Below, piece by piece: positions 11,969 to 26,300 of a DNA stretch of 64,000 nucleotides. The notes beneath the pieces are model-generated. The model worked only from the letters and a program-made list of their open reading frames with translations. It searched no databases and had not been told where the DNA came from. Made by a program: the position numbers and the translations under genes. Each line of letters begins with the position of its first letter. Position 1 is the stretch's first letter. Source of the DNA: Balanoglossus misakiensis (Eukaryota; Animalia; Hemichordata); the NCBI GenBank assembly GCA_040954595.2, contig CM082583.2, forward strand, positions 10,739,656 through 10,803,655, in the 5' to 3' direction.

Positions 11969-13211
11969 GCATCCACATGACTTAGAACAATATTGGCACA
12001 CACAAACTGTGCATTCAATGATTCAAATATAATATCACACTCTTGAAACAGAACCAAAAAGTGCATGATGGTTTGAGATCATTTCTCCTTGATACTAATT
12101 AATTAGATGCTACCTGTAATTATCATCGTCTAGTCATAAATTTTCATATGTATACATGCTCTCAGAGAAGGCATTGGTGTATGCACACACACACACACAA
12201 ACACACATAACTCACAAGTGCACACAAACAAACACATTATACAACATATATACAGGTCCATACACAGGAATGGGTATATTCTGGAAAAAGACTGACAGCT
12301 CAAAAAAGTAAATGTCTGGACAATACAGGGTGGGGTCTAGAAAAGTCCTAAACTGTTCTTCTATACTAGATATATATGAGTTTTCAGAATTCCAATTATG
12401 GATGAAAAAATAGTTGTCTTCTATATTAAATAAACTACTGTAATCTATTGCCAGTGTTGAAAACTGCGGTAATTCATCTTGGTCTGTTAAAGATTAAAAT
12501 ACGGCATTACACTCAAGTACAATAATTTAGACCCAAACAAACTCGCAAACAAGTACATGTAAACTGATGTTTTCAGTCGAACACAGGATAAGATAACATA
12601 TTACACTGACTTTTGTACAATTTTTGTGCCAGGCTATGAAAGCCTTTACAATATATTCAATATACAGACAAGAATTCCAAGCAGTGTTATGAAGATTACC
12701 TCTAAAAATTTGTCTTGTTGCACAATTCTAGTTTTTGCATATTAAAATTCCAGTATTAAATTGCTAAACTGCCTATGCAAATTGCAATTAAATACAATGG
12801 TATTTATGATGAAATAAAAGTTTCTCGATAACGAAAAGATAAGACAGGAATATTTGGTTGCCTCATAAAAAGCCCCAGTAGTTGAATCTGATCAAGAATA
12901 CTTTGTGAAAATTATAACCCCATAAACGTTGAATATCACATTGGCTCATCACTAGGTGAATGCTGATAAACTGTTGTTGGATAGTTTCAAAACAGATTTA
13001 CATTCTACTGGGGCTTCATTTTGGTCAGTGTTACTTTCAATTCAAGATATGCCACATGGCAACAGTCCATATCTACGTCATGCACTTCTTACACCACCAG
13101 AACAGTACATCAAATTAGGCAGCTAGAGCAATTACTAGTTCATATGCAGAACGTAATTTCTTTAATCACACACAAAAAACCTTGGTTACCCCATAACGTG
13201 TACACTCATGA

Positions 13212-13277
13212 TTAACCCTCTGAACTGTTGCTGAATGACATCATAGGTCACACTGGGGTCAGGGCGCAAAGGGTTAA
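13212..13277. mobile_element. 66-bp TTAA-CCCT...AGGG-TTAA mini-element
   Basis: ttaaccctctg at 13212 and caaagggttaa ending at 13277 give piggyBac-like termini with TTAA on both sides. Confidence 0.35.
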
Positions 13278-13603
13278 TTTGAAAATGGCTGTTTGCATGA
13301 CCCCTGTGTGACCTCACATCCTGGCATTTCAGTTGGTGCATGTCTGCATTCCCATGGTTGATATTTGCACTGCCATAACTTGGGACTATGGTTGTATATT
13401 GCCTTCATAGTGTACAGTAGGAAGCAGATAGCATGAATCACAGCATGTAGTGCACAGACAAACAGCAACCACTAGACCATAGACATTTTCCACACAGGGC
13501 GTGCCAGTTTCAGTCAACAGTTTTCTAAATATCCCCCCCCCCCCCATATTTCAAGATAACACATACATGTACTATTTTTTCTTTGTATTACAATTCGCTT
13601 TCA

Positions 13604-16600
13604 TCAATTTGCGATCGTTAACTCGTGTGTGACAAAATGTTTGAGTCTTTCTAAATATTGTCCATAGAGTTCGACATCATTGTGGCCAGCTCCCTCCACC
13701 CATAAAGGTTCCACCGCGCGGGGGCATCTTTCGTAGATGGCCAGACCGTGTGAGAAATCGATCACTTCATCTTCTGTGCCGTGGATGACCAGCACAGGTG
13801 ACATGACTTTGCCAATTTTCTCAATGCTGAAAAAGAAAAGAAAGAAATAGGAAAAATTAACAGGGCTGTACAACACGTCAAAATATTGCCATGTCACTCG
13901 AATACAACACTATATCGCGTGAACTTTGCGTAATCACCCCTAAATATTCTGCTGTGAATGCCTGAACTTGAATGTCAACAGGATTCTTTCATCTTGAACT
14001 GATGACAATAATTTCTGTTGGCGAATATGTCCTTTACTGAACCTCATCTCAGCTGATGGAGATGTGACATTCAGGCTGCCTGCAGGGCATTTGCTAATAG
14101 ACATTTCTTATTATAGTTACCCTGGCTTCTTCTAATATACTCACGATATCTGTGACCTCAATTATATAAATATCAAATGCCTCTCATCTACTCTGATTTT
14201 GCAACTTACTATTTTATATTGACTATGATTGCATCTTATTTCTCAAATCATGAATGTTTGCATGTATTGTATCCTAATGACCTTGCAAATCAAAAATCTA
14301 TTTTCTGACTAATGAAACCATATCAGTCTTTACAGATCCAACAGGTTAGTTTCTTAGTTTGACGTTCATTAGCCATCAGCTGGTTGCTATGGTTACCACT
14401 GTTAATTAGATAACACTTCATCTCTATTGGTTATTCCAGTCTCCCTTAATTACATCACCAAGTGACATGTAATATAAAGTATTGAATAATATAACATCAA
14501 GAAAGAAAAGTAAAAATAGGAATGTTAATCTAGAATGCTTTAATTGAAACCTCAACATGAATGTAGGATTTTTATTGATCATCATTGCTGATTAAGACAT
14601 ACTGCACAAAGTATAGGACACTGAATGAAATCAGTCTATGACAAGTACAGTCAGTACATGTATGTATGTCTGTTTAATGGCTGGGCATGTATGGATGGAT
14701 GGAAGTCCCACAGATGGACAGAGCATCATGGCCATTTGGGACTAAAAAAAGCCACTGTCCCACAGCCACACAACACATGTGTGGGTTGGAAAATGGATGG
14801 CAGAGTTATTCCCAACACATGCCAAATTGGAAAACACCGGAAATTGCTTTTGTGTTATAAATTTATGCCGTCATCAAAATGAGTGCAGTGGGCATGACGT
14901 GAACATCAATAACAATTCACTACGGGAACGAGAATAGCCCAGTAGCTGGTAGACTGTCATGGCTGTATAATTATTACTTCCTGCTATCCCTGTGTATTCT
15001 AACTTCCATCTCGTGGACCGTATGTCCGTGGGCATTTACACATTTACATGTACATAGGAGGTTATCAGGTGCAATTGTAGCTATTGGTAAACTCAATTAT
15101 AAAGGCAGAGACTGTGTATATAATTAGGCAGGTTGGGATTTCCAATTTACCATGAAGGTCAAATCTCAAAACACACCTGTAACAGCTTGTGTATTGGTCT
15201 TTACCAAACTTTCCTGTTTTGAATTTAATGTCAACTGTGTCAGAATGAGACTGGGTTTCTCTGTGAACAAACAACAAGCACATTGCTTCTTCACCTGTGA
15301 CATTCACACAACAATCTCTTAGTAGTTTTAATCAGGCAAGCAAAGGTTCCATCACATATTTATAAGTGGGTTTTTTCCTGGTTTCTAGGCAACAACAGAC
15401 ATTGTGTAGAATGTAGAACGGATAAATCCATTTATTGAATAGGACTGACTGAATGCTATTCATTACAAACATAATCTCCGCTATTACTGGATTTGATACA
15501 ATTTTACTGTAATAAAACTTCAATTAAAATGACAAAAAGAATAGGGCCTTTTAACTATGGTACATTATCAATATCTGCTATCATTTCAGCTAATGCATTT
15601 CCTATTTAGATCTAACACTGCTGGCTGCATTAAAACTTTGATGCATTTCAAATTTACGTTTCAGTGCCCTGTCTCACACCATACACTTGGACTCAACATG
15701 CAATATACCCAATATGGTACCAATATAAGTTTTATAACCCTTGCATTTTAATTTTAAATCATACAATAGTAGGCAGAAAGTCATTAATTATTTTTATCAT
15801 AAATATCAATACATATTAAATCAGATACAATGTAAGTTGCTTTCGGCATTTTCCAGATAATTTATGAATACTTTTTTAAGGGTACATGATGTACTGTTCC
15901 AATATCAGGCAAATACACATTGTATGTAGTAATGGATGAATATGAATTTGGGTGGATGCCATATGGTGTATCAATTTGATATGAATTTTTTATCTGTGTT
16001 CCGTATGCTAATCATTAAAGTGTCACACATTTGTATGCAGATATATTTTATCTTCAGGGTTTAACACTTGTTGTAGTTCCACCATGACATGGTACATGGA
16101 GTTCTCTAATGATGCCAAAGAAAATACATGTATCATATTCATAGATTTCTTTGTCATGATGCAACATGATGGTTTCATGGTACAAGTACATTTCTGTAAT
16201 CAAGTTCATGGACGTGGACAGCTATAAACATTGGTAATGACGCAGTTCTTTTATTACAGCTTCTAAATGAGAACTTCAACCCTTTCACCACCATGGTTCA
16301 GTCCAAACCCATGACAACTTGGTTCTGCTCGTATACATTCAGAAGCCACTGCCTCCAAACACTTCAAATTTTTAGTCATTTTGAATGACAATTTTTGGTT
16401 GTCAACAATCAATATCAATCAAGGACATTTCCATCAGGCCACTGCAGTAAAAATAAAAATTTTGAATTCACGATGAACAGGTATGCTAATACTGGTAGTT
16501 CCAGTACGATTATATGTTTTATTGCTGTGACCTTGAAAAATGGAAACCAAGCAAATGTGTGGGTTACTTCCCCTAGCTGCATTTATATGAATTTAATCAT

Positions 16601-19003
16601 TTACTCAAATCAGCCATTTGATTCTTCAACTATGTTTTTCTATCCAACTGTATCTGAATATAAAAACTTGACAGAAAGGAAAAACCTCTTACATAAAACA
16701 CATGATTAATTAAGAACGGGCAAACAATGTCATTTTAGTGATGTAACATACATGCATTTTAATGGAAGTTCACTGACCAGTGTAAGACAAACAAAATGAA
16801 TTTGTATCTTGTGTGTTTATATGTTTGTTGTGAATGAAAATCTGCATCAGAAAATGTACATTTGCATATGCAAAGCTAAGTAAAATACCCTGACCTTGTA
16901 ATCAACACCATCATGTCAATTTCAGCTGGGCTATGCAAATCACTAATATAAGTGACACATACATGCACATGTATACCTCACTTCAGTTCGCCAATAAAAT
17001 TATCTAGTGAAAAAATATGGAGTATTCTGTTTGCCATGATATATGCGCATTTGGATTTTTTCTCTCAGTCACCTTGCCCTGACACTTGTGACTCAGTCAA
17101 CTTCTGCATCACTTCACTTCACTGTCTCTGACCTTCCTGACATCAAAAAGTAGGCCAGCAGCAACTGTGCAGTGACTCTTACATCTTGTGCTGTCGTGAG
17201 ACTACCATGTGACTGAAGGGCAACAAACGCAGCTCTCAAATTTGATTTACAGCAACCACTCAGCCCTATGTGTAATTAACATTGCATTAGTGCTAAAAGC
17301 CATCTCATCAGTTCATAGCTGGGGTATCAGTGCAGGGGGGACTGAGAGATACTGACAGGTGAAATAAATTATTTCTTGATTTCCTTTCAACATGTATCAT
17401 ACTTCCTGAAGTATTACGTGTAGTAATGTACATCCTAATATTATAGTTATACAAACACTGATATCACCCACATTTGCTAGATTTCAGTTAGTCATAATCA
17501 TGTGAGTTGTTCTTTTCTGTTCCCGTTATAATCATTAACTAAAACATGTTGTACATTGTATAGTCTCTCATTATGTGAGATGAACATTCTTTGGTTAAAC
17601 GGACTGATGTAAAGTCATTAAACCAGGTTGTGAATTAGAGCTCTCAATTTAGAATATGCTAATCAATACCATGTCACAAAACTGTATCAGTGCTCTTTCA
17701 GTATAATTACAGGAATTCTAAGGAAATTTCCTGTAATTTTTCGAAAAATTCACATCATTTGGTAATCTCTACCTGTCTTTGTGTATTCCCTGATCACCTG
17801 GAAGTGGGCGTGTTCTCTCGGTAAACCCAGGAAATTGTCAGTGAAATGAATCATCTGTCACACGGTCAATGGATTTTGTGTGGGTTCTCTAACCTCTCAT
17901 TGAATGAGCATAATCAATTTGCCAAGTGTCAAAATTCAATGCTGTCAGAACACATATACACACCAGTGTTGAATATTTGTGTAGATATATCGCTAAATTT
18001 ACCACTGTGTATTTTTCTACTTTGTTTTATCAATGGAGACTGTAATTGGCAAAAAAACCCACATAATTAATGGTTTCACAAGTTCCAAAACACACGTATA
18101 TATCATAATGAAATGTACATGTACTTTTGAAATTCAGTGGTGCCAAGGTTACTTCTATTTCAGTCAGGTGTAATTGTGTGCGTGCCAGTACAGTAATGTA
18201 AAATTTATGGTTCTGAGACAACATATGGTGAACTGATAAATTGTTCCACTGACATGAAAGCCTGTGGGTGATGGTTCGTGTCAAATTCCATGATGATTAT
18301 GTCAATTATTTCAAATATTCCCCCATCTTCCTGATGCAGCGGGTAGGTTAACTTACCTTGGAAAAGCATCAAAGCACCATGTGCGTTTGGTGTCTGGGAA
18401 AGCAACTCTCATACCAGACATCAGTGGAGAATGTAGAACGACGGCAGCACATTCAAATCTTGAAGCCAGATCAACAGTGGGTACGGTGCCTATACTCTGC
18501 CCATACAAGATGATATTTTCAGGACTGATCCCGTATCTAGTGCGGAGTGCCTGCCAGGCTGCATCGATATCGGCGTAGAGGTTTCTTTCGGATGGCTTGC
18601 CTGTGCTGACGCCATACCCTGAGTAATCGTAGCTGAAGATGTTACAGTTGATTCGAGATCCTAGGCCTATATAAAAACTACTCATTTGACCGATGTCAAC
18701 TGCATTTCCGTGACTGAAGAGTAGAGTGAATCGTGGGTTACTTGAGCATCGCACGAAAATACAGGCTATTCTATTACCCCGCTTTGTCCGCGTTTGTATA
18801 ACTTCAATAGCGTCAAGTTCTCGTTGTGAATATTGCCATTCGGCTCGCTCTGTTAGATGCAAACTGTTCCTACTTCCAGATTCGTCGGCAATGATAGAAT
18901 ATGTGGGTTCCGGTGGAAGAAAGGCCAGCTTAGCCGCTATCCGTGAAGGACATGGCGGACAACAAAAAAGACAACATAACTCGCCGAACGATAGACCATT
19001 CAT
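13604..19003 (-). CDS. ABHD17: Alpha/beta hydrolase domain-containing protein 17 (protein depalmitoylase)
   Basis: Exons 19003-18357 and 13826-13604 join as FPS|IEKI. N-terminal palmitoylation cluster [27 protein letters not shown], nucleophile [13 protein letters not shown] (Asp) and GAGHNDVE (His). Confidence 0.97.
16277..16312. repeat. Partial inverted copy of the 11876-11968 MITE end
   Basis: aaccctttcaccaccatggttcagtccaaacccat is a near-perfect reverse complement of 11932-11966. Confidence 0.55.
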
Positions 19004-19605
19004 TTGGAAATCTGTTCTGTAAAGTCAATGGAAATGTTCAGAGGTTCTTAGGCTATCGGAGTATACTCACGATCGGTTTTAAAAACATCCAGCTATACGC
19101 AAACCCGCGAAATACTGATAACCTTGTACGATTTCACTCACGGTGTCACAGAAACCAGCGATCATTTGAAAATACAGTGACGTCATCGCACTTGAGCTCG
19201 TGGGTGGAAAGTTTTTGATAAAAGAAACAATCTGATTGGATACTCGATAAATGGATGAAGCAATACGTAAAGATCGATCATTGTTTACTTTACTTTTCGT
19301 ATCTCAGAACGACAACTGGTTAGTCTACTTTTTATATTTTTAAATCAAACTTTCAAGAGAAAAGCTACAGTTTTCCTTCCAACTCTAACGATGTTATTTG
19401 TGAAATGAAATCAAGGACGTCCGTTTGTAAGATTTCATCCAATCAAACACCCTCTTATGAATGTTCCTGGCCTGAAATTCGATTGTTGAAAGATATTTAC
19501 TCCAATCCACATGTGCGAGGTAGGTTGTGTGCAGGAAGAGCAAGGCTGTTCCCAATATTTTATATTTTCACCATCAAGTGCATGATTTTGACGATTGTCC
19601 GCAGA
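19004..19605. promoter_or_regulatory. Bidirectional promoter region between ABHD17 and TRMT112
   Basis: Divergent ATGs are ~600 bp apart. CRE palindrome TGACGTCA at 19178-19185, CCAAT boxes in both orientations (gattgg ~19234, ccaatc ~19439 and ~19502), locally CpG-retaining. Confidence 0.6.
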
Positions 19606-19977
19606 ATGAAATTGCTAACGCACAATATGTTGACGTCGCACGTAAAGGGCGTTACCAAAGGTTATCCTCTTGGCGTTGAAGCAAAAGAGGTGCGCGTCCA
19701 GGAAGTTGATTTCAACCCTGAGTTCATTTCAAGAATGATCCAGAAAATTGAATGGGAAGTTTTATACAAAGCAGCGGAAAGCATTGGCCACCTAGGCGAT
19801 TTACCCGCACAGCCCGTCGAAGATTATGGCAGCAACGAGGATTTTCTCAAACAAGCACACCGTGTTATGATGGAAGTTGAAGTCATAGAAGGAAATTTGA
19901 TTTGTCCGGAAAGTGGACGAAAATTCCCGATCACGAATGGGATACCAAATATGTTGCTGAACGAAGATGAAGTGTAA
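19606..19977 (+). CDS. TRMT112: Multifunctional methyltransferase subunit TRM112-like protein (intronless CDS, 123 aa)
   Basis: MKLLTHNMLTSHVKGVTKGYPL...EGNLICPESGRKFPITNGIPNMLLNEDEV is canonical Trm112. The conserved start is ATG 19606, inside the longer 19405 ORF. Confidence 0.96.
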   Translation: MKLLTHNMLTSHVKGVTKGYPLGVEAKEVRVQEVDFNPEFISRMIQKIEWEVLYKAAESIGHLGDLPAQPVEDYGSNEDFLKQAHRVMMEVEVIEGNLICPESGRKFPITNGIPNMLLNEDEV

Positions 19978-22900
19978 TGCGGTTTCTTGAGCGCGGTGGT
20001 TGTGTAATACAATAACATTATCGATAAATATAACCACCTCAAAGGTGTATCCATCACATCGGAAACTACTGGTACATTGTATTTGGTTATGGAGAACTGC
20101 TTGTCATCCTGGACAGAAAATAATGAGCTGAGTTTCTACAAAACAGGGACCCACCAAGAACATGTGACCCACAGTGGAGTGACTGTGTGAACAAACCAGA
20201 GAATGGGAAAGGAACTCTATCACGTCCTTAGTATGTCGTACAGTAGCCTATTGGCCAGATATCTATACCCTGACAGACTTACGGATGCATGATACAAATG
20301 TACATAATTTCTGTGTTAGTAGTGGAAGATGAGCATATGCAAGCTTGGCACATGTGGAAAGATGGAAAAAGAGAATAGAAGAACTGGTTTTCGAAATTGC
20401 AAACAAGTGAAAGACACTGCCAAAGACAGATAAGATGACAGTTGCTACAGTTCAGAAAACTGTGAAAATAGCTTTGATCACAGACAGTCTTTGCTATGAT
20501 GCTGCAGATCAGAATATCCAGCTCTCCAGGTTTCCCAGAACAAAAGGATGATAGCATTTTGTACATTGGGGGCGCTAGTTAACAGTACAGTACATTCGCC
20601 ATCCACTAAAACTATATTGATCATGAATGCTCTAATTATGTCACTGTAAAGAAAATAAATCATGTTCGAGGCTGCCTTTGTGTTGTTTAAGAATATTTTT
20701 TATCAACTTTTGGTCTTTCTCCCATAAACACCCAACCAGCTGAGTATTAAGATCATGACAAGATATGAAATGTACAGATAGCCTATTATGTTTCTTTGAG
20801 ATATGATAGTTTATTGAAATAAAAACATAAATATGATCACAAAACTTGTGATAGAAAGTCTATAATGATGCAATAGCATACAACTGAATTTATAAGCAAT
20901 CGTTTTGAGTATAACCTCCACAATTGAAGTGGAATTTCAAGTTAAAGGACAATAGTTGTGACTGCAACAGACATTACACAAATCTATCGCTGCTACTTTC
21001 AATTGAAACTGCATTTGACCCGGAGATTATATCAGTTTACATCCACAACTCTGATCACAGCATCCGATGAATAAGTTATAAAGTGTATATACCATTGGAC
21101 TGTACTGTTTCCATGGTAATAAATAAGTAGAAAGCAAGAAAAGTATTCAGATGAGATTTCAGTACAACTGTGTGTAATCCTTTACACACACTTGTGCTTG
21201 GAACAGTAACTTTGCACCCACTCTTTGGAAACTGATTTTTAGGTGTGATATAAAAACTCAAATGGATAAACAGGCAGATGCATACATGCCAATGTGGTAT
21301 GATATCCTCACTCTCTAATGTGATCAAGATGTCTACTGGTGTTTATTAAAAAAACATCTTTCAGATGTCTGCAAAGGACTTACACTGTTACAGTTATGAT
21401 TGATGCAGATATATTGGCAAGAATGCACACCTTTTAAGGAAAATTGTATCCAAGGGTTTGTTTTAGACAGATTTCACTGTAACAGATTCTCTATTAAAAT
21501 TTTGGTCAATTTTCAACATCATTACATTAGAACTTACACCTCACTGCAGAAAAATGTTAAATGAATACCACCCATATGAAAAAAATGTCCACCATTATCA
21601 GCCTCATTGTGGCCCTAAATATGTTGTCTTTCAATTGCTTTTATATTCTGTCATGCAAAAAATTTGATTTACCACCGAGGGCGCCATAATACATTATTAT
21701 TTACAATCAACAAATATTATGCTTGTAATGTCTGTGTGGAAACAATGTTTATCCTATTCTACTAAACGATATACATGATTTCTTCATAATGCACTCAAAT
21801 TGCATCCCAAATTCTGCAATGTACCCGCAGAAAATGAAAAATAACATTGCAATAAACATATATAATCAAATTAATACAGATATACACACACATATAATTA
21901 TAACATCTTCATAATTTCAAAAATATACCATTTGCAACACAATCCAAATCCCTTAAATTTTGTGGACAATTACCCTGATATGAAAAAAAAATGATACTCT
22001 TATATAATATGCTATCCAAACTTAATGATTCAGGTATTAACATCTCCTTAACCAACCCCACAAATGTTACTTAATCAAAACCGATTCAGATTATCCATTG
22101 TAATGAAGGATTAACTTTTAAATTATCAAAAACTCAAGATTTCAAGGTTTGTGTAGTGTCTTTTGGAAGAAGTATAGTCAATGCATGACACCATGAAGAG
22201 AATATACCTAAAACTTAATGAAATCACAATAATATTAACCACTATAATCTGCATGTGTTTTGAATTGTGTATCACAATTCCATTGCATGACTTTGTGTCT
22301 GAGAGACCTGACCTTGGGTCAACTTGTTTGATTATCATCATCAATGTTGGGCAGTGTGATAGTGTTTAATTACAAGGCAAAGTTGCCAAGTTGCATTTCA
22401 GCAAGAGGGAAGGAAATGTTGATTTAGCATTATCAGAGATTCAATTGTTCTGTGTGTTATAGATAAAACATTTGACTGCATGGATGACAAAATTATGTGG
22501 AAAAATGAATTTTACAGTATGATACAGTAGCTTTGATGACAACCCCCTAATAATATGTTTGAGTGAATCCTGCCCATCGATCAAACTTCAGAATACCATT
22601 TCTATGACTAATATAGAAAAAGTTTAGTTTCTTGGAATATAACAGTGAAAAATATAATGTATAAATATATAAAAGAATGATATACAGTATATGAAGCCTC
22701 CTTAGTTCCTAAATGCTATCCATTTTGACCAAGATTTCTTTTAACTCGCGAGAATAATTGGATGAACCGTTTTGAAGTGTACACCTGTTTTTATATGGCA
22801 GTATGTTAGTGTTACTATAAACCGACAACATATTAATACTGACACTTGAAAAAAACATCACACCAAACTCCCACTTGAAAGCACACATTATTGCCGTGGT

Positions 22901-23345
22901 CAATTTTGCAAAATTAATTTACACATCAGAATAACTCCATGGAATAATTTGTTTAAAAAGAGTAAAAAGGAATGACCATCTCGCTGAATTCTGACTATCT
23001 GAAATACCTGTCCCCAAACTATGGGATACAAACCACCACATGCACTCTCTGAGTGGTTTCAAAGATGGTGGACCTCGTAAACTTGAATTGAAAATCTGCT
23101 GAATAAGTTTCTTTGTGACAATTTTTTATGGATATATACATGTACAAGTAACAGTCACAAGTTACAATGATGATATGCTTGAAAGGCACAGTTCAAGTTC
23201 ATGTGATAAGAAAATGGCAGTAAAAACTACCCATAATATTTGTAGTAGTAATGACAATTGTTTGCCCCTACTACAAGTGATACACTTACTACTATATATT
23301 TCAGATAGCGAGAATTCATGTACATTCGACCTATGACCTTCTCCA

Positions 23346-26300
23346 TTAAATCTGATTTGCCATTTGGTTATGCAAATGAAGCATGTCTTGTAATTTTTGT
23401 CCCATCTGGGAATGCATTCGTGTCATTTCCTGACTTTGTCGTTCTTCTTTCCGTTTGGCCTGTTCCAGCTGGTTCTTCAAATCTTCTATGGTGTCCTGAA
23501 ATGACTTGTTCTCATGCTGTACAGACTGGGCAAAGATAACATCACCATGGTTACTTATGATCACTTTTGAAACCAAACTTATGACTCTGAATATTCTTTC
23601 TTTATTGCCAAGTCATTGGATGCCAAGGGATAGTGTTTATTATTAATGGTACGACACTTTCAATAACTGATGGCCCTATAATCATAGTAGACAGTTACCC
23701 AACATGGTATTAACTAACAACTAAACCTACCTTTATCCTCATCTCCAAAGCTCTGCTCTGGGATTCGTACACGGACATCTCTTCAACCCTCCTTGTTAAA
23801 GAGTTTATTTCCTGAGCAAAAAAAAGGTTGAAGAGTGTAATAGCAGACAAAAGTAACCCAAACAGTGAGCTTGAAAACTCCTTAAAACTGTGAACTATAG
23901 AATTATAACGATTAAAGGACACTAACCTGGTCTTTCACACTAGAATCACCTTCAGCAGTGGCTAGCTTACTTTCCAAATCTGTCTTGTCCTTTTCCAGCT
24001 GTGAAAGTCTGGTTGAATCCCCACCTCCACTCTCTAACTCCATAATCTGTCAAACAAAAATAGTTACAACAATAGTTACTGTTCCTGGTTTATACTTACT
24101 GAAAACGAGAACTGTTTGCCTTTCTCGACAAACACTATTGGCAGGCAACCATGACTGCCTGGCCAAATCAACAACCCCACAGCACAACTCACTTTTCTTT
24201 TGAGTCTTGCGTTTTCTTCTTTGTAAGCTGCCAGCTGTCTTTTCCATTCTTCAACGTTGGTGGTACTTTCCTGCAAGGCTGTTGTCAACTTGGCATTGTT
24301 GTTCTTCAGTGTCTGTAACTCCATTTCCCACTTCTTGGCATTTGCCGAACTATGATGCAGAAATCCAACGTGTCAGGATCAAGTGTTATTGTGAGCTTAT
24401 ACTAGAGACATTTGCTTTCAATTTTATTATATGATAATTTCCAGCAGAACACTAGAAGATATATCTGTCTTTTAAAGGGTACACCTATAATAGTCTTCAT
24501 TTAAAATTTCATACTTTATCATCCGATGTGACCCAAATTTTTCCAATACTGACTTTAAAACTGATGTGATACAGCAAATAACATTCCTCTGATCAAATCT
24601 TGTTGTCATCCATAAAACAAAGTACTTGACCGGCTTTACCTCTGTGCTAATGCAATTTTCAGTCGGTCATTAGCGTACTTCAGCTGTGAATCTGTTGCTG
24701 GCTGTTGGTTGCTGCTGACCGGTAAAACACTACTGGTTATGGAGGTTGGCCGACTTCCACTGTCAACATCAGTCTCGTCCTGAATTAGAAAGTTTGGAGA
24801 GAGAATATAAATGCACTAAAGTGACTATGATAGGATATAAAATCTAGCTACTATTGGTAGTTTGTGTCAGCAGCAAAATATAGCTTAAGCTGTTGCCCAA
24901 ACACCACCTGAACATACATTTAATCCACAGAGAAGTATGAATATCACACATTACCATTGGTGATCCAACCTACCTCATTTTGGTCAGTGGATTTTTCCTG
25001 ATTGCTGGGATGAACAGAGTTACTGGCGAGTGGTGATTTGGTGATGGAGCCATTGGACTGGATAGGACTGCTTGGGATGTTACTTTTAGACTTCTCTGAT
25101 ATTTGCCGCACAGCATCTTTTATTTCATTAAACTTTTCAAAAAACTGAGAAACAAAAAATGATGATGATGATACTACATGTACTTACAATGTAATTTCCA
25201 TTTCAGTACTTGTGTGTTTTGCATTCATATTTTCTTTACTCTTGCAATGAAATGAATGATCTAATTAACGGCCATGTGTGTATTTATCTTTCATATTTAT
25301 ATTTCATTATTATCCCCCTTTTGCATGTTTTCATCAGCCCTGACCTGGTTTTAATATACAGCAAGGCTGGCTATCATAAATATTTCAAGTACAGTCGTTT
25401 TATTGGCAGAATTCTGCAACAGGTGTGTGTCAACAAGCAAGGATATATAATATGCGTCATGCCATCATGGTAAACATAGGCCATGGTAATTTTTGGAAGA
25501 TATTACGAGTAGCCTAGGTTACTCATCATCTACAGGTGTCATGAAAATGCTGATAAAATTGATGATCACAACATATATGCATTCACCGTTGTTATGCCAA
25601 CATTCTAAATTATATTGGTTCATCATTGGGCCCCCTGTATGTAATTTACCAGTTGAAGGTCATCTTTGTACAACCACTATTATTATTATACAAAATCGAC
25701 CCGACTATCCTATCATCAAACCAGTCATCTGACTCAATCCATCAACATGCATCCACATATTTTGGCCATAGTAAGAAGGTGACATTTCATAATTATCAAC
25801 TAAACTATTCCACGTATGTATTGTAAGCGAAACTTGTTCACTGAATGGTCACTTGAGCAGTTGATAATCAACGCATCCATAAACAACACAATACTGAGAA
25901 TTATTCATAAGTTTATTTTTAGATTAACCAGAATGACATATAATGGTAGCATATTGGTGGGAATCATCTCACAAAAAAACACAGAAAAACAACCATCATC
26001 ATAGATATTTTTAGCAGTAATTGACAAGGTTGGAATTGGATCTCTGTTTGTCACAAAACAGCTCAGAGGCAGTGCAAAAACATCAGTTAATGTGAACCTA
26101 GGTTATTGGAATAATTAATTATAGATTACTTTCCAGCAATATTTTAAGTATTATAATCTGTACATTATTTAATAACACGCAGAACACTAATCCGAGTAAC
26201 ATGATACACATCATCTCACAGTCTGTGACGCACATCAAAAGTCTCACTGTTGGTGACTTATTCATTAATGTGCTATACAAACCATCCTATTTCAGTTTTT

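Noticed and set aside
19405-19605. 67-aa N-terminal extension of TRMT112
   Set aside because: Trm112 proteins begin at MKLLTHN. The extension overlaps promoter-like sequence and has no recognisable similarity.
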